From Coniocarpon cinnabarinum (lineage: Eukaryota): DNA of 64,000 nucleotides. The notes under the pieces were generated by a model. That model saw nothing but the letters and a program-made list of their open reading frames with translations, made no database searches and was not told the origin of the DNA. The position numbers were made by a program, and so were the translations under genes. The stretch is taken from assembly GCA_051942205.1 (NCBI GenBank), contig JAVECO010000114.1, forward strand, positions 1-64,000, read 5' to 3'. Below are positions 38,833 to 50,819 of this stretch, piece after piece (the stretch's first letter is position 1; each line of letters begins with the position of its first letter).

Positions 38833-39846
38833 TCAAATCTCATCCTCCTCCTCATCAAAATCATCCTCAACACCCATCTCATACAAAATCCTGCCCCCCT
38901 CTCCCAGTCCCTCAGCGCGCTGCGCATCAAAATAAGGCAGAACGACACACTCGCGATCTTTTCGCTGCTTCTCTGTCAGACCCAACTCGAAACTGATATC
39001 CTGCCCTTCCTTCTCCCCTGCTGCGTTATCACCGGGTCCGGCGACTTCGGACAGGACGTCGCGCCATTCTGTCGTCTCGTCGAGGAGTTTGATCGTACTT
39101 TCGGGTTTGCTGATGGTTGATTGTTGATGTCTGTGAGATGGGTGAGGTTTGTGGTTGATGACGAAGAGCGCGCCCACGGCTCGGCCGGAACGGCGGCGAT
39201 GTTCCATTTCTACGACGCATCTGTGTGGTTCGCAACTATGTAAACCTTGTAGGATGCCTTCTTCGGGTTCGTGGATGCCGAATTGGGGCGCGGGGTTAGC
39301 GCGTTGTCGGGCACGTTGCTCATCTAGAACATGCGGGAGCGAATGGACCGTCAGGATTGTCGTAGCGGTATAGTGCAGGAGCTGAAAGGGTGAAGGACCG
39401 TACGGTGGCGGCGGTGGAAGCGGCTGGTCTGCGTGGAAAATGGCGAGACATGTTGTAGAGGGTATGATAAGCGGAAGGAGAAACGTCGTAATATTTATAT
39501 TGCTATCGGAGAGGAGGTTATATAGCGAGTCGAAGATGAGGAGGTGACGACCTGATGCTGAGGTCGATCGCTTGATCTGTGAGATCAATTCTGGAGTCGA
39601 AAGGTTCCAGGCTTGGATGTGATGAGTGGTGCCTTGTGGTGGGATAAGGGTTTCAAAGGAGACGAAGGTGACCGTTATCCTGTGTTTTTGGGCGCGGGAG
39701 AGGTATTCCCTCAAGAGCGGGCGGCAGCTTTGCTCGGCAGTGTCGAGGATGAGCGTTAGTGGCGATGTAGTGTCGCGAGCGTCTAGGAGGCGCGAGATGA
39801 GGAGATGGGCGGCTGTACGGCCGTGGCTACTGGGGTTGTTGGACAT
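38833..39846 (-). CDS. ELP5: Elongator complex subunit 5 (Iki1)
   Basis: LLISRLL...SPLTLILDTAEQ, MEHRRRSGR, and C-terminal FELGLTEKQRKDRE.VVLPYFDAQ...GGRILYE...DDFDEEEDEI. Confidence 0.85.
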   Translation of the reverse strand: MSNNPSSHGRTAAHLLISRLLDARDTTSPLTLILDTAEQSCRPLLREYLSRAQKHRITVTFVSFETLIPPQGTTHHIQAWNLSTPELISQIKRSTSASGRHLLIFDSLYNLLSDSNINITTFLLPLIIPSTTCLAIFHADQPLPPPPPYGPSPFQLLHYTATTILTVHSLPHVLDEQRARQRANPAPQFGIHEPEEGILQGLHSCEPHRCVVEMEHRRRSGRAVGALFVINHKPHPSHRHQQSTISKPESTIKLLDETTEWRDVLSEVAGPGDNAAGEKEGQDISFELGLTEKQRKDRECVVLPYFDAQRAEGLGEGGRILYEMGVEDDFDEEEDEI

Positions 39847-40400
39847 AGTTCACAGAAGTGCTACGACCTAGCGGGTTTCTCTTGTCAGGAAATGGGCATT
39901 CTTCTCATTCCATGGATATGGCCCTGCGACCACCATCATATTTCAGTAGCATTCTTGCTATGTCTTGTAGGATGTCTAAAGTTTTGTTCCATTTGACAGA
40001 TCCATTTTGCTAGCTCCCAGGAGCCCTGGAGGTGAGAATAGCAGAACGTGTCATTATTCCACAATTCATCATCATATTGCTCATCATACATTCTTCGTAT
40101 GGTCTATCCTTCCAGCCAAGCTCAAATGTCTTAAATTCACATTGCAATCACATGCGTCCATCGCTTGCACGTGTCAAAGACTAGGTAGGTTAGGTGAGAT
40201 GGTTCACGCTAGTCCCAAAAAGAAGGACCGCCCCGCCTACGTCACCTGCACCGCCACACGTGGCCTTGAAGCACTTGCGTATACGCACAACCTCGAGCAT
40301 TCCGAGAAAACACGATCGGCGCTGTGATTTCACCGCTTGCGCTGTTTCAACACGAGCGAGACGCTGCTCATGATCATTTGAACGCCACACCGTTCTTTGA

Positions 40401-42948
40401 ATGCCTCCGATTCCTCCTCAATACCGACACAGCATGTCTTTTGCGCCCAGCTCGCCTGGGGCCTCGCTCTACGATATCAGTGACGAGGAAGAAGGGGAAT
40501 ACAACACCATCAAGCGCTCCAAGGTCCATAGGGGAGTCAAGCTTCTTTTCTCCAAGAGCAAGGTATGCCAATTCCCCGAGAATGCTCAGCATTGATTGAT
40601 TGTCCCCAAGAGCCACCAGTGGCTAGCGGAGGCAGCAGCCCAAGCTAATGTACTCGCTCGACTAGGTTTACGTCCACCCAACTCAGTCTGCCAAAGACAA
40701 TCTGCCCGGCTTTATAGCGCTCGTTCAGCAAAAGGCCACCAACACTCATTCTCAACTTTCACCACGACTATTAGAAACCACTGCCTCTGTTAACGGCCGC
40801 CCCTCCTCTTCGAGTCATCGCAGCGACGCACATAACCTTCTCTTAGCATGGATACCCGAGTCGATCCTCGGCGACGCCTATGAAACGTACGTCAAGGTCG
40901 ATCTCTCCGAGTCTGCAGATCCCCCAAAGCAATCCTACCTCGTTCCGCCGCCTCCGACCATCTCAGCGCACACTCTGAATACCACGCCCGGCACATACGC
41001 CTTTGCGATACCTGTTTCAGAAATCTTTTCGTTGCTAGTGAGACCGCCGAGCCTGGGTTGGTGGTTTGGGAGCGTCGTCATCAACACACGCGCTGGCGAC
41101 AGCTTTCCTGCTTTGTTCTTCCACGATGACGAGTGTCAATCGACGCTTCTGCAGCGGAAACGCCGTGCGCGAGAAAGCTTCGACCCGTTTGGCGAAGGTG
41201 GGCAAACGTTTTGGGGCGGTGACGAGGTCGTGCGCTGGCTTCGACAGTACGTCAATGTTGAGCGCGCGGAGCATGAGATGAATGTATACCTTGTCGAACC
41301 GAGCGAAGAAGATAAGATCGGCTTTGGGGTTGCCGCGCGGAATGCGGGGACCATAGTACAGAAAGGCAAGAACGCGAGTCAGCGAGACAGGAGGCAGGAT
41401 TCAAGAGGTTCTAGAGACGCTGCTATGGATCCTGTCACGAGAACCTTGAAAGAAGCTCGTTGGGGCCTGCTCGAAAAGTTCGCGCAAGTAACGACATTCG
41501 CGAGACGGACCGCGCAAACAATCGCGGATCACCCCAACATGCCGCCTCAAGCCAGACGCGTGCTGCAGAACCCCGAGGTTCAGACGATACAGGAAGAGTT
41601 CGACAGCGCACGGCTCTACCTCGCGCGATGGGCCATGGGCATCGCCGAGCAATCCGAGCGCGAGAAGAACCAACGAATCTGGACGGCGAAAGACGTGCTC
41701 GAGATGGAAGAGACCCCAGTGGGCGATTTTGAAATTCTTGATATGCAAGCCGGCGGCATGTCCTTGAAAGATAAGCGCAAACCAGTCACACTGGGCGAAT
41801 GGAAAAGCTGGTTTGACCTCTCTGGTCGCCTCTCGATTACCGTTGATGAAGTGAAAGAGCGCCTGTTTCATGGAGGCTGTGATCCGGATGACGGCGTACG
41901 CAAAGAGGTCTGGCCCTTCCTGTTAGGCGTCCATTCCTGGCACTCTTCGAAAGCCGAGCGCCAGCAGAGTCTCAGTGACCGTAGAGAAGAATACGTCCGC
42001 CTGAAGGCCCGTTGGTGGGAACGCTCAACCACATCCAATCAAGACACAGACGAAGCCGAGTGGTGGAAAGAGCAACGCCTCCGTATCGAGAAAGACGTGC
42101 ACCGCACCGATCGCCAAGTTCCTCTCTTCGCGGGCGAAGACATTCCTCATCCAGACCCTGAATCCCCTTTCGCGGAAGTAGGCTCAAATGTCCATCTCGA
42201 ACAGCTAAAGGACATCCTCATCACCTACGACGAGTTCCGAGGCGGCTACGCCCAAGTCGGCGCCGGCGCCGCAGGCGAGTCGCGCTTCCTCGAGACCGAA
42301 GGCCTCGATGGCTACGTGCAGGGCATGTCGGATCTCCTGGCGCCCGTCTACGCCGTCTGCGAAGAAGACGCCCTCGCGTTCTGGTGCTTCGTCGGTCTCA
42401 TGAAACGCGTGGAACGCAACTTCCACCGCAGCCAAAAAGGCATGCATGCCCAGCTGCAGCTCTGCACCGCTACCCTGCAACTCTTGGATCCGCAACTCTC
42501 GCTCCACCTCGAGTCCTGCCAGTCTGGAAATTTCTTCTTCCTTTTCCGTCCCCTGCTTGTGCAATTCAAGCGTGAATTCCCCTTTGACGATATCCTCAGC
42601 CTTTGGGAGCGGCTGTGGTCTGATTACCACTCGAGTCAATTCCACATCTTCTTTGCGCTGGCGGTGTTGGAGCGACATCGCAGCGTCATCTTGACGCATC
42701 TGAAGGCGTTTGATGAGGTGCTGAAATACGTGAATGACTTGGCGGGGAATATCGATTTGGGGAGTAGCTTGGTCATGGCAGAGGGGTTGCATCAACGGAT
42801 GCAGAAGACGGTCGAGGCCATTGATAAGAAGGAGGGGTTGCCGGCGCCGCAGACGGAGGCGGGGCGCGAGAGTCCGCCGAGGAAGGATGTGGTTGTCACG
42901 GAGGAGATGCGCAGGCTGTTGAGGAGGGATCCTGTGTGGGAGGCGTGA
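40401..42948 (+). CDS. GYP7: TBC-domain Rab GTPase-activating protein, Gyp7/TBC1D15 type (~814 aa)
   Basis: Intron at 40563-40665 gives VKLLFSKSK|VYVHPT..AKDNLPG. Also PALFFHDDEC, FDSARLYLARWA, and TBC catalytic motifs IEKDVHRTDR and YVQGMSDL. Confidence 0.9.
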
Positions 42949-43114
42949 ATCGCGATGTGAATGAATGACGGAATGACTCAATGCCCGAGAAGGCTGACTG
43001 GGAAAAGCAAGGTGCTTTGGCGTTTGTTGTCTCTCGTTGAGACGTTATGCCCACGATCATGAACATGGATAGAGGTCTCCGCTTTCGTTCAGAGATCCCA
43101 CAAATCATACAGAC

Positions 43115-46100
43115 TTATTCCACCTCGAATACTAGCTTTGCTGTACAAAGTGCTTCTTTTCCTCTGAAGTGCGTGACTTCTGCAGTCACTTCGAACAGGC
43201 CTGAGTTGCAGACTTGCAGCCCTAATTCCATATCTTTGCTCTCGCCTGGTCCGAGCCGCGCGCCTTGCTTCATGTTGCCTGTCCAAGCTAGTGCCCTTGT
43301 CACATCGATATCGAGGACTTCTACTGCAGGTCCAGCAGCCCGAGCTTCGAAGTCGACGATGAAGCGCTTTATCGTGTCAGATGAGTTTGAAACTGTGCAG
43401 CGAAGAGTCAGAGGAGCCTGAAGTGGTGCAATGAACTGGTGGTATGCTGTTTCGACGATTGCAGAACCAGAGTTGCTCAGAAGCTGTAGTGTGACGGCGG
43501 CTGGGGCTGCAGCCGGAGCTGCCGCAAGGACAGATGACAATTGAGATGGCGGGATGCGGATTGATCCGTGCCGATCAGAGGAAGAGTCTCGCCATGTGAC
43601 GTGCAGAGGAGTATCGATGGACTGAGCGACGACGGTGATGGGCAGAAGGATGCGAGTACTTTGATTAGGGTCCGTGGACTGAGGGGTAACATTAGGGGCA
43701 ACTGGATCTGGGGTCGGTATTTCAATGATCAACATAGAAGGGGACGCGTTGATAATGTCGGCCGCCACGAGCTGTTGTTGAGGGAGAACATAGATAGCTT
43801 CAATGCGAATGCTTGGCTGGACATTGAAAGCGAGCGTGATGGTAAGGCGGCGAGCGATGAGCGTTATAGACTCGTTGAGCATGTGCTCAGGATCAAGGTA
43901 TCCATGGTCAAGCCGTAAGGTCGCTTGCTGCAGATCGAACTGCCCATGGACGCTGAGCTTGAACGGACGGGATTCACCAGGTGCGATTGGAGGAAAAGAC
44001 GCGTGTTCTTGCCACTCAATTGGGGGTTTCAGGCTCCTGGAGTTGTTTATGGCCGACTTCGGGCGAATGGCAGATTGCCCTCGATCATATTCGTAGTCAA
44101 ATGCCACTTGGAGAAAGTTAACGGACAAGTGTGGAGAAGCATTTCTTACCGTGACCGAAATAGCGCTGCTCTCCCCCTCCAGAATGTCGATCGCATCCTG
44201 AGTACGCGATGACAAGGCCAGGAGAAGTTTGGGTTGGGCTGCGACCACATCAAAGCTTTTGGTGACTGGCTGAGGCGGCAAGTTAGCGGGGTCCATGACA
44301 GCGTCATTGACATCGATTAACGCTTTCAGCCCATGAGATTTGATCTTCACGTCTCCAGCAGGTTTCCAGGCGTTCGGGAAAACCTTGAAGAGCTGCTCAC
44401 GGCAGCCTTGAATCTTGACACGGCAACCACTGACTGTAATCTGCCCTGGCACAGGAGCTGACACATTGCAGATGACTTGCTGCAATGAACGGGGTGCTAG
44501 GGTTGCGCTCGGTATGTGCGCTTGAAGCTCTACTCCATCTGTCATGATTTGTACCCTCTCGACTTGTACCTCGAAGTCGTACAAGTTCTGCATGGTGACG
44601 ATAAGCTCAGTGCTCTCTTTGGCTAGGATGTAATAATTCGGCGAAATCATCGTAGTCGCTACCCGCGCCTCACTGCTAGGAGAAGGATAGTCATAGCTAT
44701 CGTGAATACGATTGACGCCTGCAAGGCGCCCACTAAGCTTGACAGTGTGGGCATGAGTGGCTCCGTTGATTTCGACATCACGCACAAGAAATGAGTCCCA
44801 ATAGTCTGACTCCAGCTGCTGCGCATCCTCCGATTTGAAGACCCCGAGAGTCCTGTTGATCTTATTGAAGAAGCGACGTTGGTCTTCTGGCTGGAGTTGC
44901 ACTGGCATCATCTCAGAAGCGGGCGCAGGAGCCGAGCCAGGTCCAGCAGTGCGAAGCAGTGCGGCGGTGAATTGCACGACATCGTGAAAGTTGGGGACCG
45001 ACTCGGAAAAATTCGCAACCAGACGCAGTATCTCTGTCTTGAGTTCGAAGCCGCCAAATTGGAGCTGCTGGCGCTCAAGTTGGGCTTTCTTTGATTCAAT
45101 CACGTCTCCCATCTTGGCGTTTCCCATGGTTATTGGTCGCAAGCCCGGCACGCCAAAAGTCTCGCACAAGATCACAAGTAGCTCATGAAAATCAATGTCA
45201 TTTTTGCCACTGTCAAGGAGTGGTGCGCCTGAGGAAGAGTCGATCGTTAGACCGTGCCGTGCGGCTAAGCTAGCTGCGGGATGGATGCCCGCTTCAGCAG
45301 CACCAACCTTCCGAGCTTGTATCAATCGTGGTATCAGAAGAGACAAAGCTTCGCGGATAATCATTGCACGCTTGCGATAGAGACGAGCCATTGACAAGAC
45401 TGCGATTGTGCCCGACATGATAGAGATAACTTCACCAATGACCATAGTCGCAGCAAGTGACTCAGGAGGAAATGCTTGAAATATGAGACCAGCGATGTCA
45501 GCGTTATGGAGCGTGCTGACGCCCAGACGATGCTGAGAAAGTCGAGACGAAAGTCCGCCAGGCGAACCGACGACTAGATATCTTGCCGTTCTGTCATTCA
45601 ATTGACCTCCCGTACGCTGTAGTACAGCCATGAGATATGCTAGTCTGATGACGCTTTCGGAGAATGGAAACTGAGCTGGGCCAGATCCATCCACATTGTC
45701 GTCTCGTCGATAATGCTGGATGATGGTGTTGACGATTTCCGGCAGGACGAGCTGAAGATTTGACATAGCGTGCGAAGCGGTATTGTCGCTCGAGTCTAGG
45801 GACTGTGAAGATCGTATGAGGTTAGTGGACGGGGTATGCTTCAACGACATTGGTCTGTCTTGAGCAGAAAAACAGATTGAAGGGACGGTGAAGTCTATTC
45901 GTGCCCATGCCAGCAGTATCATTGTTGCAAGAATGCATTCCATGCCCTTGGCATACCAGATATAATCAGCGAAGGCTTTGGCTCGCGTAGTATTGTCGAC
46001 TAGCTCGCGCAAGGCATCTGCCCAACGTCCTGACATCATGAAGAGATTTCCCACAATCAGGCCCTGACGAAGTTTGGCAGAAAACTTGCCGCGATCTGAG

Positions 46101-47080
46101 GAACTTCTCGAGGGCATACCATGAACGGAACTTCGGTTGCGACTCAAGTCTCTGATTCTTGACATGGCTGAGTCGGTCGGTCTCTTCTTCTTATCTACGG
46201 AGAAGCTCGCTGCTGCATTTGGAGGGGACGTCTCGAACGTCGCTGGAGATGCAGATCTTTCAGGAGACTGTAGAGCCTCTTGAGCGGGCCTGCGTGCAGG
46301 AGATGATGCTCGTCGTGCTCTTTGCTCTTCCTCCAGGTCACTACTTCCTTGACGATCAGGGGATGTAAGACGCGGTCTTGCAAACCCAGAATCTTCTTTA
46401 GCTAGACAGGCTTGGCGTATGGAATCGTATCTGTTTAGGAAGGGTGCTGACATGCCTGCTGCGGTGGGAGTAGGTATACTATCTACTTCCTGGATCATTT
46501 TGGCAAAGAGCGACATCTCAGCAAGCAGTCGAGCTGACACGTCGCACATCAGTGTCTTCATCGTGGTGCTTTTCATCTGATCTTTTGGTGGGACTGTGAG
46601 CACGTTCACAGGTCCACTTGTGGCTGTAGAGTCAAAGATCAAAATCTGTATTGAGAGCGCGTGAGGGAACCGAGCCTCAAGCTCTTCCTGATATTCGGAT
46701 ATCACGCCCGAAGTCAAGTCATTCGGCCCTCTGTTAGCCTCATTGCCAGCAGCAGTAGCCACTGAATTTGAGCGTCCATCAACAATGCCCAAGATTACGA
46801 GTTGATTTCTTTGGAGCTCAAAAGGAAAGTAAATACGCTGTGATGCCGGAACTTCAGAAGTGGATATATCATAGAGAATGACTCCATTGGGAAAAGCAAG
46901 CGGTGAGAAGAGGTTTCGATCTGGCCTTTGATCCGGGCTGATATCACCAAGCCTTACGACACTCTCTGCTTGCAGCTTCCCTACGAATGAATTGAACTTC
47001 GATTTCTTCACCTTTCCCACCGGAACGACAAGTGCACCGACACGCGCCGGCGCCACGGGCGATATTGAGGAAGCTGCCAT
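43115..47080 (-). CDS. TRS120: TRAPPII-specific subunit Trs120 / HypA (1321 aa)
   Basis: N-terminal SPVAPARVGALVVPVG..VRLGDISPD.RPDRNLFSPLAFPNG, GRWADAL, ARKVGAAEAGIHPAA and YWDSFLVRDV. Confidence 0.9.
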   Translation of the reverse strand: MAASSISPVAPARVGALVVPVGKVKKSKFNSFVGKLQAESVVRLGDISPDQRPDRNLFSPLAFPNGVILYDISTSEVPASQRIYFPFELQRNQLVILGIVDGRSNSVATAAGNEANRGPNDLTSGVISEYQEELEARFPHALSIQILIFDSTATSGPVNVLTVPPKDQMKSTTMKTLMCDVSARLLAEMSLFAKMIQEVDSIPTPTAAGMSAPFLNRYDSIRQACLAKEDSGFARPRLTSPDRQGSSDLEEEQRARRASSPARRPAQEALQSPERSASPATFETSPPNAAASFSVDKKKRPTDSAMSRIRDLSRNRSSVHGMPSRSSSDRGKFSAKLRQGLIVGNLFMMSGRWADALRELVDNTTRAKAFADYIWYAKGMECILATMILLAWARIDFTVPSICFSAQDRPMSLKHTPSTNLIRSSQSLDSSDNTASHAMSNLQLVLPEIVNTIIQHYRRDDNVDGSGPAQFPFSESVIRLAYLMAVLQRTGGQLNDRTARYLVVGSPGGLSSRLSQHRLGVSTLHNADIAGLIFQAFPPESLAATMVIGEVISIMSGTIAVLSMARLYRKRAMIIREALSLLIPRLIQARKVGAAEAGIHPAASLAARHGLTIDSSSGAPLLDSGKNDIDFHELLVILCETFGVPGLRPITMGNAKMGDVIESKKAQLERQQLQFGGFELKTEILRLVANFSESVPNFHDVVQFTAALLRTAGPGSAPAPASEMMPVQLQPEDQRRFFNKINRTLGVFKSEDAQQLESDYWDSFLVRDVEINGATHAHTVKLSGRLAGVNRIHDSYDYPSPSSEARVATTMISPNYYILAKESTELIVTMQNLYDFEVQVERVQIMTDGVELQAHIPSATLAPRSLQQVICNVSAPVPGQITVSGCRVKIQGCREQLFKVFPNAWKPAGDVKIKSHGLKALIDVNDAVMDPANLPPQPVTKSFDVVAAQPKLLLALSSRTQDAIDILEGESSAISVTVRNASPHLSVNFLQVAFDYEYDRGQSAIRPKSAINNSRSLKPPIEWQEHASFPPIAPGESRPFKLSVHGQFDLQQATLRLDHGYLDPEHMLNESITLIARRLTITLAFNVQPSIRIEAIYVLPQQQLVAADIINASPSMLIIEIPTPDPVAPNVTPQSTDPNQSTRILLPITVVAQSIDTPLHVTWRDSSSDRHGSIRIPPSQLSSVLAAAPAAAPAAVTLQLLSNSGSAIVETAYHQFIAPLQAPLTLRCTVSNSSDTIKRFIVDFEARAAGPAVEVLDIDVTRALAWTGNMKQGARLGPGESKDMELGLQVCNSGLFEVTAEVTHFRGKEALCTAKLVFEVE

Positions 47081-48354
47081 TCCGACATTGTGGGCCTAAG
47101 TCATAATTAGCATAATCACTTTGCAGTACTTAATTAAGTAACACTTCGGAAGGAAAGCGTTTATAGGTGAACTAGAACACGCAAAGCATATTGATAACTT
47201 GTTCCACCAGAAGTTCAGCGGAATGGCGACTGATTGCCGATTTGCAACACCAGAGTTTCTTAAACGCAAGGTCTCGCCCAGTGTAGTGAAACCTTGATAA
47301 CCACACAATGTCGTGAGCATCCGTGCATGCCAAAGGATATTTGGGTGTCTGTTGAAATCATTGTGAGGCTGGCAAGCTATGCGATTGTCGGTGGCATCAT
47401 CCCTCTCGGTGTAGAATCGAATGTCGCGGATCATAAAGCTGGCGAACGCAAGGTTGCTGCCTGGGAACACCAAATATGCAGCAACTTTGAGCTCACACAG
47501 ACGTTGAACGAAACCCCTATCCAGAGCGTATTCCCAACAATCTGAGTGTTTGGAGGCCGCAGGCTGAACGCTCTCATCCGTTGTCCAGGACAGCGAGTAG
47601 CCACACAGCTTCTACAAGGCAGCAGCGTTTGCCCCAAGCCAACGCTGCACTTGTGTCACTGCTTCAGCAACTTGCCCCCTTGGTGCTGATGCGTTTTAAA
47701 AAGCAATCGTCTCCGAGATAGATGTTCAGCCTTCCTGGGTAATCGCAATTTTCGTGCAAGAAGCCACAACAGTACAAGGTCGGTAGCGTTACGGCAGGCA
47801 AGTCCTGGACGAGTACAGGAGCCAGTGTAATTTGTTGAAATTCAGGTCTAGCAAAGACTGTCTTTTCCCGAAGATAGGTTCTTGACTTTTGGAATCGATA
47901 TAGTCCTGGCCTGTTTCGCTCACGTGGGGGACAAGGGTTTTGGGCGGAAGAATAGGAGATGCAAAGATATGAAATTCGGACAGCCCGACTTACCACACTC
48001 TCTGGCAGTTGGCCCGAGCATAGGCAGAGACCTTGAGACCGACACGACCGGCAGATCTGTCTAAGCGAAAATTTTGAAGGCTTGAGTACTTATACAAACA
48101 ACTTCCGCTTTGCTGGCCGTGCTGGATTCGGAATCGTGCACAGACCATGTCGTCCGCAGATCTTATCTTATCTCATCGATCTGATCTCTGCTGCCGAGGC
48201 AGGATCAGAGCGGCAGCGAAAAATATTGTGAGGCTCAGGCAATCCTACAGAAGATGACAGATGTCAATATGACAAAGCGCTGGCTATATCAACATATGAA
48301 TTCCTTCCGACATTTCGTGCCTGTCGACTAGCGAGCTCGGTTGCAAGAAACATT

Positions 48355-49848
48355 ATGGATCCATGGAGCTGGCTGGGGTTTGCAAAAACCACGTTTCACG
48401 CTGCAGATACAACCGTAGACATTCCTTTTAAAACTAGTGACAGCCAAAGCTTGAAAAAGGTCTGCAGCGATCCTTCAGTGACGCCGCCATGTCGTCTCAC
48501 ACCATTGCTTCCTGGTGGTCATCTGCAGACCGTCAACTTTGCGTTGAGTAAAGACGACTTTCCAATCTACTACCGCCGTCAAGTCTTCGACTCGGATGAT
48601 CCGAACTATCCAGGCACGTTCGCGGTCGACTTCGTCTCACACGCCGATGCCTCTGAAGCTTCGAAGGGCCAGAACGATGACGTTAAAGTCCAGCGACGGC
48701 CCGCGCAAATAAAAGGTAACCTCTTTTGCCCCTCAGGCGCAAGACTCTTCGAGGAAGATGAGTGGGCAGCGATGGATCGAGGCAGCCAAGATACCGCTCC
48801 AATGCTTGTGGTGATGCATGGCCTAAGCGGCGGCAGTCACGAGGTCTATCTGAAGGAATGTCTGGCGCCGTTTGTCCTCCAGCCGAAAGGAAGCGCACCA
48901 AAGTGGGAGGCGTGTGTTGTGAATGCTCGAGGCTGTGCGGGTTCTGCTATCACCTCGGGCGTCTTGTTCAACGCGCGCGCAACATGGGACTTCCGACAAA
49001 CGGTCAAATGGCTGCGCAAGAGATTCCCTAATCGGCCACTCTTCGGCATCGGGTTCTCTTTGGGTGCCAACATCCTTGTCAATGTGAGTCTCCGTAGTAA
49101 AAACATCACAGCGGTATGCCAATTCGCAAACTAATCTGTGAATCGCTAGTATCTTGGTGAGGAAGGAGAGAGATGTGAGCTTGACGCGGCTGTTTCGGTT
49201 TCAAATCCTTGGGATCTTAATGTTTCGAATCTTTCGTTGCAAAGATCATGGTTAGGAAATGAAGTCTATCAACGAGCAATGTGCTCGAATCTCAAAAAAG
49301 TACTAATGAGGTGAGGCGTCCAAGTGTCAGGTTTCCTTGCAGGTCAGCTGACACTACGAAGACATGGCGACGAACTGAGGAAGAATCCGAACATCGATCT
49401 CGAAAGAATCCTCAACACGAAGTATCTCTACGAATTTGATCGCGAACTCCAATGCCCAACTTGGGGCTATCCCACAGAGGCTGCGTACTATCGTGACGCA
49501 GCTTCTGTCGAGCCGCTGATGAATGTGAGGACTCCGCTTTTGTGCATCAACGCTGAAGACGACCCCATGAGCCCTCCACAAGCACAACCGACTCGAGAGG
49601 TTTTTAAGAACCCATACGCCGTTCTTTGCCGTACTTCCATGGGCGGTCATTTAGGCTGGTTCGAGATTGGCGGCACACGCTGGTTCCCGAAATCCGTACA
49701 TAACTTCCTGCGCAAGATGGCAGAAGAGGCTGACCTGCAAGCTTTGAAACAGGGGCGTAAAGCGCAGTCAAAAGAGCTGGGATTGCGCACACAGGTCTCC
49801 AGCTTTGACCCACTTCGAAGGAAGATGGTATATCAGTCAGAATGGTGA
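48355..49848 (+). CDS. Alpha/beta hydrolase, EEB1/EHT1/YMR210W (ABHD1-3) acyltransferase-esterase family (~458 aa)
   Basis: Introns at 49084-49149 and 49311-49361. Motifs GGHLQT, HGLSGGSHEVY, VVNARGCAGS, nucleophile GFSLGAN, INAEDDP and GGHLGWF. Confidence 0.88.
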
Positions 49849-49940
49849 AATCCATCCTAGACTTGTTTCATGCATACAGCGTTTTTGATAGAGATTCTTG
49901 ACGAATATGATGAGCCTTTGAAGAGAGACGAGCACACGCT

Positions 49941-50498
49941 CTAACCGAAAGAAACCTTCTTTCTCGGCTTTGATGCTGAACTCGTGGCTTGGGTTAAGCT
50001 CTTTGGCTCTGCCTGGTCCTTCTTTTTGTTTCTCCGCAGGGAATCCTTGGTCTTCTCTAACGTCTTCTGCTTCTCATCAGCTCTTGCCTCCATCTCCTTT
50101 TGTCGAGCCTGTCGGATCTCTTCCATCTGCCGCGCCCTAATCATTTTAGACTCTATCTGTCCTTCTTTGTCTGCGTTCACCATCGCTAGAATGGTCATCA
50201 TGCTTTCTTGATCGTCCACAAACACCTTGCCCTTCTTCTTCCCCTTGGGTTTCTGAACACCTACGGGAGTGATCATATTGAGTTGAGGAATGTTCAGGTC
50301 TTTTTCGTCATATTCTTTGCGTCGTTTTCTCTGACTGCTTGAGGCACCGGGCTTCTGCTTTGTGACTTTCGAGGAGGTCGCTGCTTGATGTTTGGAGCTT
50401 TGCTTCTTATTTTTGGACGAGGAGCCACGGCTAGCAGGCTTAGTGCTGCGTTTGTTGTTGCCCTTGCTGGAGCCTGTCTTGACTTTGGTGGGACTCAT
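49941..50498 (-). CDS. LOC1: 60S ribosomal subunit assembly/export protein Loc1
   Basis: Lys-rich protein with [29 protein letters not shown] and [18 protein letters not shown], ending KKVSFG. Confidence 0.85.
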   Translation of the reverse strand: MSPTKVKTGSSKGNNKRSTKPASRGSSSKNKKQSSKHQAATSSKVTKQKPGASSSQRKRRKEYDEKDLNIPQLNMITPVGVQKPKGKKKGKVFVDDQESMMTILAMVNADKEGQIESKMIRARQMEEIRQARQKEMEARADEKQKTLEKTKDSLRRNKKKDQAEPKSLTQATSSASKPRKKVSFG

Positions 50499-50819
50499 AT
50501 TAGCTCATAGATGGCGCTCTGATGGAGACTTTGGCGGTTGAAGCTCGAATGGCAGGCCCTGAAAATTGAAAAGCACAGGAGCAGCACTTTCACATGCAAT
50601 CCGCTTCCCAGTGAATTGCCCGATCGGGCTTGGGAATCGCTCGAAGGGTGATAGCGCGCCGCCGCCTTTCGCGGCGTCTCCATCTACATAAAGGCACTCC
50701 GTCTCCTGGCGTGCCAAACGCTTTTTCTTTCTACGCTGCTGATGCGGTGCTGTGCTTTGCCATTACATTGAAGATCTCAGCTGCCTGTGGCGACGCTAAT
50801 CACTATATCCCTTCCTATC

